A stretch of DNA of 64,000 nt from a virus: positions 5,293 through 69,292 of the IMG/VR virus record IMGVR_UViG_3300025083_000017; one strand, given 5' to 3'. The position numbers were made by a program, and so were the translations under genes. The notes below the pieces were generated by a model. It was not told the DNA's origin. It did no database searches and saw only the letters and a list, made by a program, of their open reading frames with translations. Below, in pieces: positions 1 to 8,626 of this stretch (position 1 is the first letter of the stretch; each line of letters opens with the position of its first letter).

Positions 1-225
1 ATGATCCCCGTCCATTTTATCACGGAGTTGGTCAATTTTTGTAAAGAGTACAACGTCAACTTGTTCTTGTTTTGATATGCGTTCTTCATGTACTGCAAGC
101 ATCCGACTCACAGTAGTATTTACTTCACTTAATTTTTCTATTGCTTTATCGATTCGAAGAACTATTGGCTTCAAATCTTCAATTTTTTGTTCTAATACGG
201 CAACCTTAATTTGATGACTTTCCAT
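1..225 (-). CDS. Coiled-coil hypothetical protein, runs off the window edge (MESHQIKVAVLEQKIEDL...)
   Basis: Manual translation: ATG at 225, open to position 1; heptad-rich; overlaps the stop of the preceding gene. Not in the ORF track because it is truncated. Confidence 0.75.
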   Translation of the reverse strand, partial: MESHQIKVAVLEQKIEDLKPIVLRIDKAIEKLSEVNTTVSRMLAVHEERISKQEQVDVVLFTKIDQLRDKMDGDH

Positions 226-538
226 GAGGTTTGAAGTATGGATTGAACTCTAATGCTTTTTTCCTGGCCTTTTTGTCTTTTCTCTTTTGACCTCTATCCA
301 TCAAGTCTTTAATAGCTTTCTTCACGTACTTGTTACGACCATCCAATTTCATAGTGGAGTCGAAACCAGCAGTAGGACCAGCAGCAGGGGAGGAGCCACT
401 AAATCCACCAGATCCCCCAGGAGGATTTGCCACCATGCCTTCCTCATTGACACTGAACTCACTATACATTGCCGAACGAAACGCATCTACAAACCTATCA
501 ATTTTGTCTTTATCCATTGGTGATTCCATTAAGTGCAT
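206..538 (-). CDS. Small late protein containing a copy of the gp23 N-arm motif
   Basis: GFSGSSPAAGPTAGFD matches gp23 GFSGSAPASGPVAGFD in this window at 13/16; probable start MDKDK, overlapping the upstream gene end; basic C-terminus. Confidence 0.75.
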   Translation of the reverse strand: MHLMESPMDKDKIDRFVDAFRSAMYSEFSVNEEGMVANPPGGSGGFSGSSPAAGPTAGFDSTMKLDGRNKYVKKAIKDLMDRGQKRKDKKARKKALEFNPYFKPHGKSSN

Positions 539-890
539 CTAAACAATTCTGATCTAATTCGATCTCATGTATATAAGATCTAGGATAATCTGGAAGTTTA
601 TCTAGAAATATTACAAAGGTTTTAATGCACTCCCACAAGTTTTTATCGATCTTATAGAACAACATTGGGGTTGTTGCGTCTCCAAAGATATTATAAAGAA
701 TAATAAAGTGGTTAATAAGAAGGTGAACCTTAAGTTCACCCGTGCCCTTATAACGTTTAAGTAACCTTTTAATGTATCTAAAACGACTTAGATCTTTATC
801 AAAGTCTTCTCTAGTAACAGCTTGTGGGTTCTCATAATGTTTAATAGCGAAGAGGAGAAAGTTCTCCTCGTTCAATTCAGTAAATAACAT
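510..890 (-). CDS. Conserved T4-like hypothetical protein (MLFTELNEENFLLFAIKHYENP...)
   Basis: 126 aa ORF tightly packed with neighbours; resembles a common T4-like phage hypothetical. Confidence 0.75.
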   Translation of the reverse strand: MLFTELNEENFLLFAIKHYENPQAVTREDFDKDLSRFRYIKRLLKRYKGTGELKVHLLINHFIILYNIFGDATTPMLFYKIDKNLWECIKTFVIFLDKLPDYPRSYIHEIELDQNCLDALNGITNG

Positions 891-894
891 CTAA

Positions 895-1428
895 TTATGC
901 TTCAGCAGTAGGATATGCGAAATCAACAGGTGCAGTGGAGATACCTGACATAGCAACCAGAGTTTCTTTCTTAACTCTTGCAACACCTTCACAATCGGTA
1001 TAGGTTGTAACACCAACCCAACCTTCTGACATGCCATAGTAAGAAGGGTTAGAACCCAACAAACCATCTTCCTGATTTACACCATAAACCAATGAATCAG
1101 CTGTTCCATATGCTGCCTCACTGAACTTAGAATCAAGTACAGAAGACTTAGGAAGTTGTGATGCTGAGAAAGAAGTGGAAGCAATAGCTGCACCACTCAA
1201 ACCCATAGTAGAACCAATAGTTACAGAAATAGTACTAGCAACAGATACGATTACTGCATCACCAAAGTATACACCACCCTGTCCTCTAATTCCAAATCTA
1301 ATAACATCACCCTCAACAGCACCAGTAGTGCCAAAGGAAGTTCCAGCACCAGTCACCACTCCAGTAGCATAATTAAGAGATACTGTTCCTACCGAACTAA
1401 TGTTGTCGTTATTACCCCAAAGTGTCAT
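895..1428 (-). CDS. Putative virion structural protein (Gly/Thr/Ser-rich, beta-type)
   Basis: MTLWG start and GWVGVTTY..G..RVKKETLVAMS end, typical of cyanomyovirus virion proteins; TATAAATA upstream. Confidence 0.65.
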   Translation of the reverse strand: MTLWGNNDNISSVGTVSLNYATGVVTGAGTSFGTTGAVEGDVIRFGIRGQGGVYFGDAVIVSVASTISVTIGSTMGLSGAAIASTSFSASQLPKSSVLDSKFSEAAYGTADSLVYGVNQEDGLLGSNPSYYGMSEGWVGVTTYTDCEGVARVKKETLVAMSGISTAPVDFAYPTAEA

Positions 1429-1462
1429 GTCTTTTTCCTGTAAAGGTTACGTTCTTTCAAAT

Positions 1463-1470
1463 TATTTATA
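1463..1470 (-). promoter_or_regulatory. T4-type late promoter TATAAATA
   Basis: Exact gp55 consensus about 35 nt upstream of the ATG at 1428. Confidence 0.8.
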
Positions 1471-1492
1471 AAAACCTAGGAGAGAGTTTTAA

Positions 1493-1693
1493 TCACTCTT
1501 CCCTATTCTTGATTGCTTTTGTTACTACTTCAAGTAGTTGATCATCCATATCAGTCTTGGTCAGCTTAACCGCCTTAGCAAGAATAACAAGACAGATCTC
1601 AACCATTTTCTCACCGAGTTCTTCATTCTCAGGAATTTTTGAAATAGCATCAGTAATAATTTTAGATGCAAGTGGAAGTAGGAATGCAAGCAT
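1493..1693 (-). CDS. Small helical hypothetical protein
   Basis: 66 aa ORF (MLAFLLPLASKII...TDMDDQLLEVV) of a type common in cyanophages. Confidence 0.7.
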   Translation of the reverse strand: MLAFLLPLASKIITDAISKIPENEELGEKMVEICLVILAKAVKLTKTDMDDQLLEVVTKAIKNREE

Positions 1694-1724
1694 GATGATT
1701 CTCTATACTATAGTATATATCGGA

Positions 1725-2405
1725 TCAGTTACTTTTCTTAGTATCTATGATAGCACCTTTACCATGCTTGGCACGGATTTGTGCTTTTACAATATCCAAT
1801 GCAGAGGGACCACCAACAGGTTTCTTCTTACCAAATGTATTTGGTGTGTTACTAACTGGTTTGTTGTAACGATTGTTGCCATCAACACCACCCCTCTCCA
1901 TTCTTCTATCTCTTAGACCATCTTCAGTTTCTTCCTTTGCAAGTTTGGTTGCAGTGGCGTACATTACAGACTTGGCATCTTTACCATATCTTTCTTCAAA
2001 TCCACTCTTATTCTTTTTCATGCCCTTGACGATATCTTCCTTTTCTTCCTCCTCACCAGGAGTCAAAGTTCTTTCTTTCAACTTACCAGGTTTTCTACCT
2101 TCCTTGGTATCTTTATCATTCTGAAGATTCTCAATATCTCTTTTCTTTTTTTCTTTATCATTATCATCACATTCACAGTCACTTCCTTCATCAATTTCAG
2201 TCACTTCAATTACAAGTGCACCAATCTGTCCGAAGGCTTCTTTCATCACGGGATTGATTGTGATCTTATTATCTACTTTCTTATCACCAATTCTTACTTC
2301 AGACTTACCTTCAGTCTCTGGTTCAGAAGATTCAATATCAACTACTTCACGTAGATCTTCTCTCCAATTTGAATGATTTTTTCTCATGGATTTCAAACTA
2401 GACAC
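1725..2405 (-). CDS. Highly charged putative internal head protein
   Basis: K/E-rich; module EKEDIVKGMKKNKSGFEERYGKDAKSVMYATATKLA; late-type ATAAATA at 2421-2427. Confidence 0.65.
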   Translation of the reverse strand: MSSLKSMRKNHSNWREDLREVVDIESSEPETEGKSEVRIGDKKVDNKITINPVMKEAFGQIGALVIEVTEIDEGSDCECDDNDKEKKKRDIENLQNDKDTKEGRKPGKLKERTLTPGEEEEKEDIVKGMKKNKSGFEERYGKDAKSVMYATATKLAKEETEDGLRDRRMERGGVDGNNRYNKPVSNTPNTFGKKKPVGGPSALDIVKAQIRAKHGKGAIIDTKKSN

Positions 2406-3687
2406 GTTTTCTCTTGTAGGTATTTATGAATTCCCTAATATTTGTCTTAGGACCTTTATATGGTTTGCCACCAGGTTGAAGATTAGTTTTATCACCCTTA
2501 TCAAAACCAGGAGTCATGTCAACGGCATTCTTAAAGTAACCAGTAGTTCCTGTAAGAGTGTTTGGTTTCTTAGGTGTCCTCATCTTACGGTCCATTTTGA
2601 CCTCAGTATACTCAGTCAGGTCTCTAATCCAAGACTTGAACATAATATTATTCTCTGTTACACAGATGAGATAGTTAGTTCCTCTACGAATAACCTTACC
2701 AACCAATCCAGTGTTAAGGTTTTCTACCAATTGATTAATCTTAAAGATATTGCCAGTGACATAATTTTCTCGTAGGTTCTTCCAATCAAATCTAGGTGCA
2801 ATCTCCCAGAGAGACCAACCTTCTTCAACTTTCATTGCCTTACGAACAGTATTCATAATCTGTTTTGCAGCCCTATCATCTACAACATCAGGAACACCAG
2901 TCCTAAACAGTTCAAAATCATTCTCGGCTGCAGCCTTTCTCATCTTCGATGCAGACATTCCAGATACACCTTCTGCATCTTCGTCTCTTTCACCAGCAGA
3001 AATAGTTTCAATATTCTCAAAATCGTAGAGTTCGCCATTATATTTCTGTGCTAGGTTGTCAAACTCCCCAACTCTATCAGAACCAACAACAATCTTTACA
3101 TCAGAGAACCCTTCATTATTAGCCAACTTAAGTGCGTCAAAGATAGTCTTTACACTCTCATCATTGACAATATTGTCTGCATGATCTGGGAAGACCGTCT
3201 TCATCATGTCAGTCTTTTGATTTGGATCAAGTGGATTCTTCTTTGCGTCAAATGATCTGGATGGATAGATTCTCAATTCTCCATCACCTGCAACTTGTTC
3301 TGCAGCATCGAGAAGTTTTAAATGACCAACTGTAGGTGGATTAAATCTACCAAACACTAAGGTAACACTCTCTCCTTCACGTTCTTTACTACCACCTTCT
3401 TCATCTTCACTACCAGATTTCTCACTCGGTTCTTCCTCTGGTGCCTGAGTCTTTTTACCTACCTGTTGTTCAGGTGCTTTATATTGTGCAGTCTTTGTAT
3501 CTTCTCTTTCATTACCACCAGTTTTCTTATCAGTAAATCTAAGTTCACCACCCTCAGTTCTAGCAACAATATTACCAGCTTTATCTACCCAGTTTCCCTG
3601 TCCATCACCAGTTAGACCAAGTTGCTTTGCCCGTGTGGAAGCCTTAGTCTGTCTTGCCTCGGAAAAAAAGTTTAGGAAGCTTTTCAT
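2398..3687 (-). CDS. Cytidylyltransferase-like (HxGH) nucleotidyltransferase, probably virion-packaged
   Basis: FGRFNPPTVGH, VVGSDR and SASKMR motifs; N-terminus MKSFLNFFSE resembles the T4 capsid-targeting sequence; ATAAATA at 3709-3715. Confidence 0.85.
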   Translation of the reverse strand: MKSFLNFFSEARQTKASTRAKQLGLTGDGQGNWVDKAGNIVARTEGGELRFTDKKTGGNEREDTKTAQYKAPEQQVGKKTQAPEEEPSEKSGSEDEEGGSKEREGESVTLVFGRFNPPTVGHLKLLDAAEQVAGDGELRIYPSRSFDAKKNPLDPNQKTDMMKTVFPDHADNIVNDESVKTIFDALKLANNEGFSDVKIVVGSDRVGEFDNLAQKYNGELYDFENIETISAGERDEDAEGVSGMSASKMRKAAAENDFELFRTGVPDVVDDRAAKQIMNTVRKAMKVEEGWSLWEIAPRFDWKNLRENYVTGNIFKINQLVENLNTGLVGKVIRRGTNYLICVTENNIMFKSWIRDLTEYTEVKMDRKMRTPKKPNTLTGTTGYFKNAVDMTPGFDKGDKTNLQPGGKPYKGPKTNIREFINTYKRKRV

Positions 3688-3714
3688 TTCTATCAATATC
3701 CTATGTTTTATTTA

Positions 3715-5850
3715 TTAGAAAAACCTGTTGTTCTTATTATACTTGGCGAGGAAGGATTTTCCCCACACAGTGGCCTCTTCTTGAAGTGTCTTAAACATTT
3801 TACCGAGAGACTTATATTTCCCAATCCTTTCCATATCGACACCACCGTTCTCAACCATATATGAAGCAAAGGCTGCATCACCACCACCACTATCTTCTGC
3901 GTGTCTGATAGCATCACGATATGTACTCTTGATATTCTCCTGTTCTTCTGGCGATTTACCTACCATAGAAAGGAATACTCCACGATAGTAATTGTCAGAA
4001 CCCATGGAATTAGATCTTGGTTTAGATCCCTCAACATTCTTTTGTTTATTGTATCCTCTTGGGAGACCTAGCGCAGTAATGACTTCTTTTGCAATCTTAG
4101 ATTGTGTCTCAATAGAGTTCCAAGCACTTTTAATTTCTTTGTCTCCGCTCTCGTTTGCAACTACACCCAATTCTTTTTTAGCCTTCTTTAGTCCCGCCTC
4201 ATGATTATCCATCATATCCATAAACACTTCAGGTGACATACCCTCAGCAATTTTTCCATCTTCAGTAACAAATGCTCCCATGAGTTCAGATTCTTTTGTT
4301 GGAATAGAATTTCTATAATCAAAAATGTCTGACCGAGTTTCCCAGTAACCGTCATCCTTTTCAGATAGAGGATCGACTTGCTTCTCAAAGAACTCCTCCA
4401 TAGAAAGATCACTCTTTGCTTGGTTCACATTAGCATTCACAAGTACCCAGTTTTTTTCATGTTCTCTTGTTTTAAATTCTTCTAGATCACCTTCTGCCTT
4501 GGATGCTGGACGGATATGTTCAAGATCAATGTTATCAATATTTAAAGGTAGACCAGTGTATGCATCTACTCCGCCCTGTTCAAGATACATTTTCCACACA
4601 TACTTGGCTCTATCAACACCACCATTACCTCGCAGTTCATTTCCATCTTCATCGTAACCTAAGAAATGATTTTTTCCAAGTTCTCCCTTACCTGCCATAC
4701 CCTTTTTACCCCAGGTCTGTTTTAATTTCTTAGGTAAAATGTCAAACGTTGCATTTACTAATTCATCATCTACTTCATTGTCCCTAACACTTCTTACAAA
4801 CTTCTCAACACTCGTCTTATCATCAAAGTCATAGGTATCAAACATTCTATCCTTTGACAATGCGAGTTGTTCTACATCAAACTTACCTAGAGAATTAAGA
4901 CCAGCACCATTGTTTGCCCTACCAGTAAACTTATGTGCATTGGCTACTAGTGCAACAAAAGAGTTTTGCTTCTTTGCATCCATATTTGAGATGAGATCTT
5001 CAAATGGTTTGAATACCTTATCCATATATTTTGCATATTTTGCTTCACTCTTCTTCACTGCATCAGTTGCCTGTTCCCCGGCAAGTCTTCTAAGTTCCAA
5101 CATTGTGTCCTGAAGATCAGCAATGTTGTCTGCATCAGGTTCGTCCTTAAGAAGAGCCTCAACCTCTCCAGTTTTTTCTTTAACTTTATCTTCTTTCGCT
5201 CTATTAAGAGCAGTCTTCATAGTGATTGGTTTAGGAGCACTATCTATCCTCTCCTGCTTTTTATCAGCCTCTTCCTGTTCCTTTCTTGCTGCATCAATCA
5301 ACTTTGACTGTGCATCTATTTCAGCTTGTTCTTCAGCTTCTGCTTCTGCCGCAGCCTGTGCCGCGATAGCCTCTGTCTCTGCATCAGCCTGAGCAATCAT
5401 GTCATCAGCTTGTTGATCAATCTGTGCCTTTCTCTTAGCACTCATTGCAGACTCTCGTCCACGAGCCAACATCTTTTTGACAGTCTGTTTATCACCAGAT
5501 TCTAATGCCTCAGCATCTGGTCCACCAGGAACATTCTTGGCTTGTTGGTCAGTTACTGATGGTATTTCTTCTGGTTTAGGTGCGTCTTTTCTGAAGTCAG
5601 ATAGAGTCTTTTCTTTTTCAGTCTCTGCCTGACCTACAGGAGAGTTTGCCATCCTACTAGTCAAGGGTTCTTGAGATGCAGGGACAAACTTATCACCCTT
5701 TACCTGACCAACATATTGACCTTTGTTATCATAGTATCTACCGAACTTAGATGTTACACCACCAGCACGTTCAGCATCCTTCCTTGCCTGAGACTCATCG
5801 TTCTCGGCAAGGTAGGCATCGGCCTTTCTTAGATATTTAAATACATCCAT
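3715..5850 (-). CDS. Large charged protein with internal HNH nuclease domain
   Basis: YLEQGGVDAYTG..IDLEHIRP..NWVLVNANVNQAKSD is an HNH signature; N-terminal module shared with the neighbouring nucleotidyltransferase; long Ala/Glu helix. Confidence 0.7.
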   Translation of the reverse strand: MDVFKYLRKADAYLAENDESQARKDAERAGGVTSKFGRYYDNKGQYVGQVKGDKFVPASQEPLTSRMANSPVGQAETEKEKTLSDFRKDAPKPEEIPSVTDQQAKNVPGGPDAEALESGDKQTVKKMLARGRESAMSAKRKAQIDQQADDMIAQADAETEAIAAQAAAEAEAEEQAEIDAQSKLIDAARKEQEEADKKQERIDSAPKPITMKTALNRAKEDKVKEKTGEVEALLKDEPDADNIADLQDTMLELRRLAGEQATDAVKKSEAKYAKYMDKVFKPFEDLISNMDAKKQNSFVALVANAHKFTGRANNGAGLNSLGKFDVEQLALSKDRMFDTYDFDDKTSVEKFVRSVRDNEVDDELVNATFDILPKKLKQTWGKKGMAGKGELGKNHFLGYDEDGNELRGNGGVDRAKYVWKMYLEQGGVDAYTGLPLNIDNIDLEHIRPASKAEGDLEEFKTREHEKNWVLVNANVNQAKSDLSMEEFFEKQVDPLSEKDDGYWETRSDIFDYRNSIPTKESELMGAFVTEDGKIAEGMSPEVFMDMMDNHEAGLKKAKKELGVVANESGDKEIKSAWNSIETQSKIAKEVITALGLPRGYNKQKNVEGSKPRSNSMGSDNYYRGVFLSMVGKSPEEQENIKSTYRDAIRHAEDSGGGDAAFASYMVENGGVDMERIGKYKSLGKMFKTLQEEATVWGKSFLAKYNKNNRFF

Positions 5851-5853
5851 CTA

Positions 5854-7146
5854 TCAGACATTCAATCCAACAGCTCTCATCTGTTTCTTCATTGCCTCGG
5901 CCTTCTCGGGATTACGTTGATAACCCTCTTCAACATCCCATGCGTCAACCTTTGCCTGAATGGCTTCCAGTTCAGCTTCAGAGAACTCAACACCTTCCTT
6001 CCTGGTCATTTTATCAACAGCGCGACCAATACCTTTCTGCCTCTTATCAATCTTCTTATCTTTAGGTGTTTGACCTGGATAACCGATTTCGGCATCCCCG
6101 GCATCATCTTCACCTTGAGAATAAGACCTTTTCTCAACATCCTTAGATGCTTTCTTTACATAAGAACCCATAGTTCCTTTGGAAAGTTCGTCAAGATGTT
6201 CAAGTTCTTCTTTCTTCATCTTAGTTCTGGAGTCCATTGCCATACGACGCTTGAACTGTTTGTCCGCCCCTTTGGCATCACCTTTTGATTGAGATCTCAT
6301 ATCCATGTCATAGGCTTTTTTCTTTGCCTTGTCTACGCGAGCAGTTCTCTCAGGAGTCATGGGCATGTAACCCTCCTTCTTTGTATCACACTCACAGGGT
6401 TCTTTACCACACTTCTCACACTCACCTTTCTTACCCATGGCTTTTTTGATAGCCTTGTCCTTGGATCCAAAGTATTCGTCCTTACCGGATTCTACTTTAC
6501 CATCACCATCATAATCTTTATCAGCCTTCTTCTCATAGATGGCCTGATAGATGTCACCAACATCCTTTCTAACAGTACCTTCACTCATTCTACTGGAGAC
6601 TTTATTGGCAGCATCACCAACTTTCTTCGCTGCTTTACCAATCATCCCTTTGATACCAGACTTGATACCAGCCTTAGCATCTTTGGCCTTACGCATAGTC
6701 TGTGCAGATGCATTACTTGCACCTTGCTTCAATCTGTTTGCTTTATCCGTTGCAGACTGCTTTGCATCTCTGTATGCACCGTAAGATTTAACTGCACCCT
6801 TTGCAGCCTTCTCCTTTACCTTACCCATGGCACCTTTCAGTGAAGACTTCACTGCGGACATTTTCTTTGCCCTTGGGGACTCAGTATCACTACCGTAAGT
6901 TACTCTTGCTTCTGTAAGTACTTCTTCAAATATTGCTTCGCACTGTTCGACACTATAACCTTCTTCGAAAAGTTCTTCAAGAACTTCTTCAGCAATATCA
7001 TTCAACTCAGTTTGATTGATCAAGGAGAAGTCCATCTCACTGATTTCATCCTTATGAGAGTAAAACTCTTCTTTAGCTTCTTTGTTATGAACAGCGGAAT
7101 ACGCTTCCATAAAGTTACGCATTGATGAAGACATCTGATTAATCAT
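5854..7146 (-). CDS. Highly charged modular putative internal head protein
   Basis: TATAAATA at 7162-7169; modules DYDGDGKVES, CGKEPC, LDELSKGTMGSYVKKA; probable start MSSSMRNFMEAY. Confidence 0.65.
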   Translation of the reverse strand: MINQMSSSMRNFMEAYSAVHNKEAKEEFYSHKDEISEMDFSLINQTELNDIAEEVLEELFEEGYSVEQCEAIFEEVLTEARVTYGSDTESPRAKKMSAVKSSLKGAMGKVKEKAAKGAVKSYGAYRDAKQSATDKANRLKQGASNASAQTMRKAKDAKAGIKSGIKGMIGKAAKKVGDAANKVSSRMSEGTVRKDVGDIYQAIYEKKADKDYDGDGKVESGKDEYFGSKDKAIKKAMGKKGECEKCGKEPCECDTKKEGYMPMTPERTARVDKAKKKAYDMDMRSQSKGDAKGADKQFKRRMAMDSRTKMKKEELEHLDELSKGTMGSYVKKASKDVEKRSYSQGEDDAGDAEIGYPGQTPKDKKIDKRQKGIGRAVDKMTRKEGVEFSEAELEAIQAKVDAWDVEEGYQRNPEKAEAMKKQMRAVGLNV

Positions 7147-7363
7147 TACTTTCTATATCTTTATTTATATTCTCTAGATATTCTCGTTCGGATGAATACA
7201 CAGAAGAGGGGTCGAGATAAATCTCAACACCCTCTTGAATACTTGGTATCAACCATTCATGTACTGGTAGGCATGCTTCCCAGTTGACAGGTTGAATACA
7301 GTTCATAATAATTACAGACCAGAATGCTGCTGTGTAATTTAAAAGTGTGGTCACTGGTCCCAC
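7139..7363 (-). CDS. Small hypothetical protein with hydrophobic N-terminus
   Basis: ORF track; AFWSVIIMNCIQPVNWEAC; probable GTG start near 7354. Confidence 0.6.
   Translation of the reverse strand: MGPVTTLLNYTAAFWSVIIMNCIQPVNWEACLPVHEWLIPSIQEGVEIYLDPSSVYSSEREYLENINKDIESND
7162..7169 (-). promoter_or_regulatory. T4-type late promoter TATAAATA
   Basis: Exact consensus at the boundary between the small-ORF region and the late block. Confidence 0.8.
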
Positions 7364-7509
7364 ACCAATTGTTTAGCCAGGGTATCTCTCAACTTATTAA
7401 TACGCTTCTCATCAAAGTGTGCGAAGTTAGGATACTTCTCAACCTTCTTATAATAATGAAGTGCATTGAGGATGATAGTATAATCCTCCATTGAGAGTTC
7501 AAACTTCAC
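7351..7509 (-). CDS. Small hypothetical protein, 52 aa (MKFELSMEDYTIILNALHYYKK...)
   Basis: Manual translation; GTG start overlaps the upstream stop; fills the gap exactly. Confidence 0.65.
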   Translation of the reverse strand: MKFELSMEDYTIILNALHYYKKVEKYPNFAHFDEKRINKLRDTLAKQLVWDQ

Positions 7510-7772
7510 AAATCAACTCCTACAGAAGAACTACCGACAACTCTAGTGTATAGATGTAGTGTACCTTCCTGTTCACACTTCAAATGCCAACGTGTCATAG
7601 TAATTACATTGTCTCTAATTGCTCCAGTAAGCATTCCACGTCCACCTTTAGTCATACTAGAAAACATACCATAACGTGTTGACCAGACATAGAATACATC
7701 GTCAATTAATTCTGCACCCTCAGGTACAACAACAGTGTTTTCAGCTTTAGTGATTGTGTTCATTTGATTCAT
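7506..7772 (-). CDS. Hypothetical protein
   Basis: 88 aa ORF overlapping neighbours in operon fashion. Confidence 0.65.
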   Translation of the reverse strand: MNQMNTITKAENTVVVPEGAELIDDVFYVWSTRYGMFSSMTKGGRGMLTGAIRDNVITMTRWHLKCEQEGTLHLYTRVVGSSSVGVDL

Positions 7773-7950
7773 ACTCTCGCTTTGTCTTGAAGTAAAGTTT
7801 ATAGTAAGGTTTTTTCATTTCATTCAAAGTATTCATATCATCTTCAAATCCCAGGTATTTGCAAAGTTGATAAGAACCTTCCAACTCACTAATCAATCTT
7901 AGTATGTTAGCAGGGTGTCTCTCAAGTCCACCAAAATCATACTTACTCAT
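7747..7950 (-). CDS. Hypothetical protein (MSKYDFGGLERHP...)
   Basis: 67 aa ORF with ATGA coupling. Confidence 0.7.
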   Translation of the reverse strand: MSKYDFGGLERHPANILRLISELEGSYQLCKYLGFEDDMNTLNEMKKPYYKLYFKTKREYESNEHNH

Positions 7951-8078
7951 AATACAATCTCAAAAGGATATAAGTTTTTTACAACTGTATTGGGATCTAA
8001 TTCAGATTTATGTACCCAACGATATCGTATACACTCAAATTCAGGATCCCAAGTCATAACGCAAGTATAATCAGTCAC
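7947..8078 (-). CDS. Small hypothetical protein
   Basis: 3' part of track ORF 7947..8135; GTG start near 8078 inferred from overlap with the upstream stop. Confidence 0.5.
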   Translation of the reverse strand: MTDYTCVMTWDPEFECIRYRWVHKSELDPNTVVKNLYPFEIVL

Positions 8079-8385
8079 GTTGCCTCCAATCATCAGGTTT
8101 GTCTTGCTGAAACCAACTCTTAATGTCGTCAGCATCAGTGAATCCCTTTTTGTGATTGGATGGATCGGGATCTCCTAAACCCATCCTATTCAGAAAATCG
8201 TCTGTACTGCCCTCTTCAATCTGTTGAGAAGATTGTCGTCGTGCTTTTTGTAACCAATCACGAGCAGTAGTATGACTCTTTGCCAACTTCTCGGCCCAGA
8301 TCATATCATCTAGTTTAACTTCTTCACCATTGGCAATACATTTACAGATGAATTCTAATTTGAGTCTGTACTGAGTAGAAAGCAT
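8071..8385 (-). CDS. Conserved cyanophage hypothetical protein (MLSTQYRLKLEFIC...DWRQRD)
   Basis: 104 aa ORF of a recognisable cyanophage hypothetical type. Confidence 0.75.
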   Translation of the reverse strand: MLSTQYRLKLEFICKCIANGEEVKLDDMIWAEKLAKSHTTARDWLQKARRQSSQQIEEGSTDDFLNRMGLGDPDPSNHKKGFTDADDIKSWFQQDKPDDWRQRD

Positions 8386-8407
8386 ATGAGTTCACTCTTT
8401 GTAATAT

Positions 8408-8626
8408 TTATTCTGTATCTGGTGTGTTATTCTTTTTGTTAAACCCAAATGGACCGGCAGATTCTTCTTCTAGTGCTACCTTTAGTGCAACACCACCGAT
8501 TGCTTCCATACATTTAAGAACGTCTTCTGTCTTAGCACCTTCACCAAGTTCTTTGGCAACGTACCAGTATTTTGGCCAGAATGTTTCTCCTGCCCTTTGA
8601 TAATCATCAAGTGTTAGTAGTTTCAT
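8408..8626 (-). CDS. Hypothetical protein
   Basis: 72 aa; ATGA overlap with the MTase stop. Confidence 0.7.
   Translation of the reverse strand: MKLLTLDDYQRAGETFWPKYWYVAKELGEGAKTEDVLKCMEAIGGVALKVALEEESAGPFGFNKKNNTPDTE

Noticed and set aside
3715-5850. Cas9/IscB-like effector or CRISPR system
   Set aside because: Only an HNH-like segment is present; no RuvC motifs or Arg-rich bridge helix recognised, and no repeat-spacer array was seen in the window.
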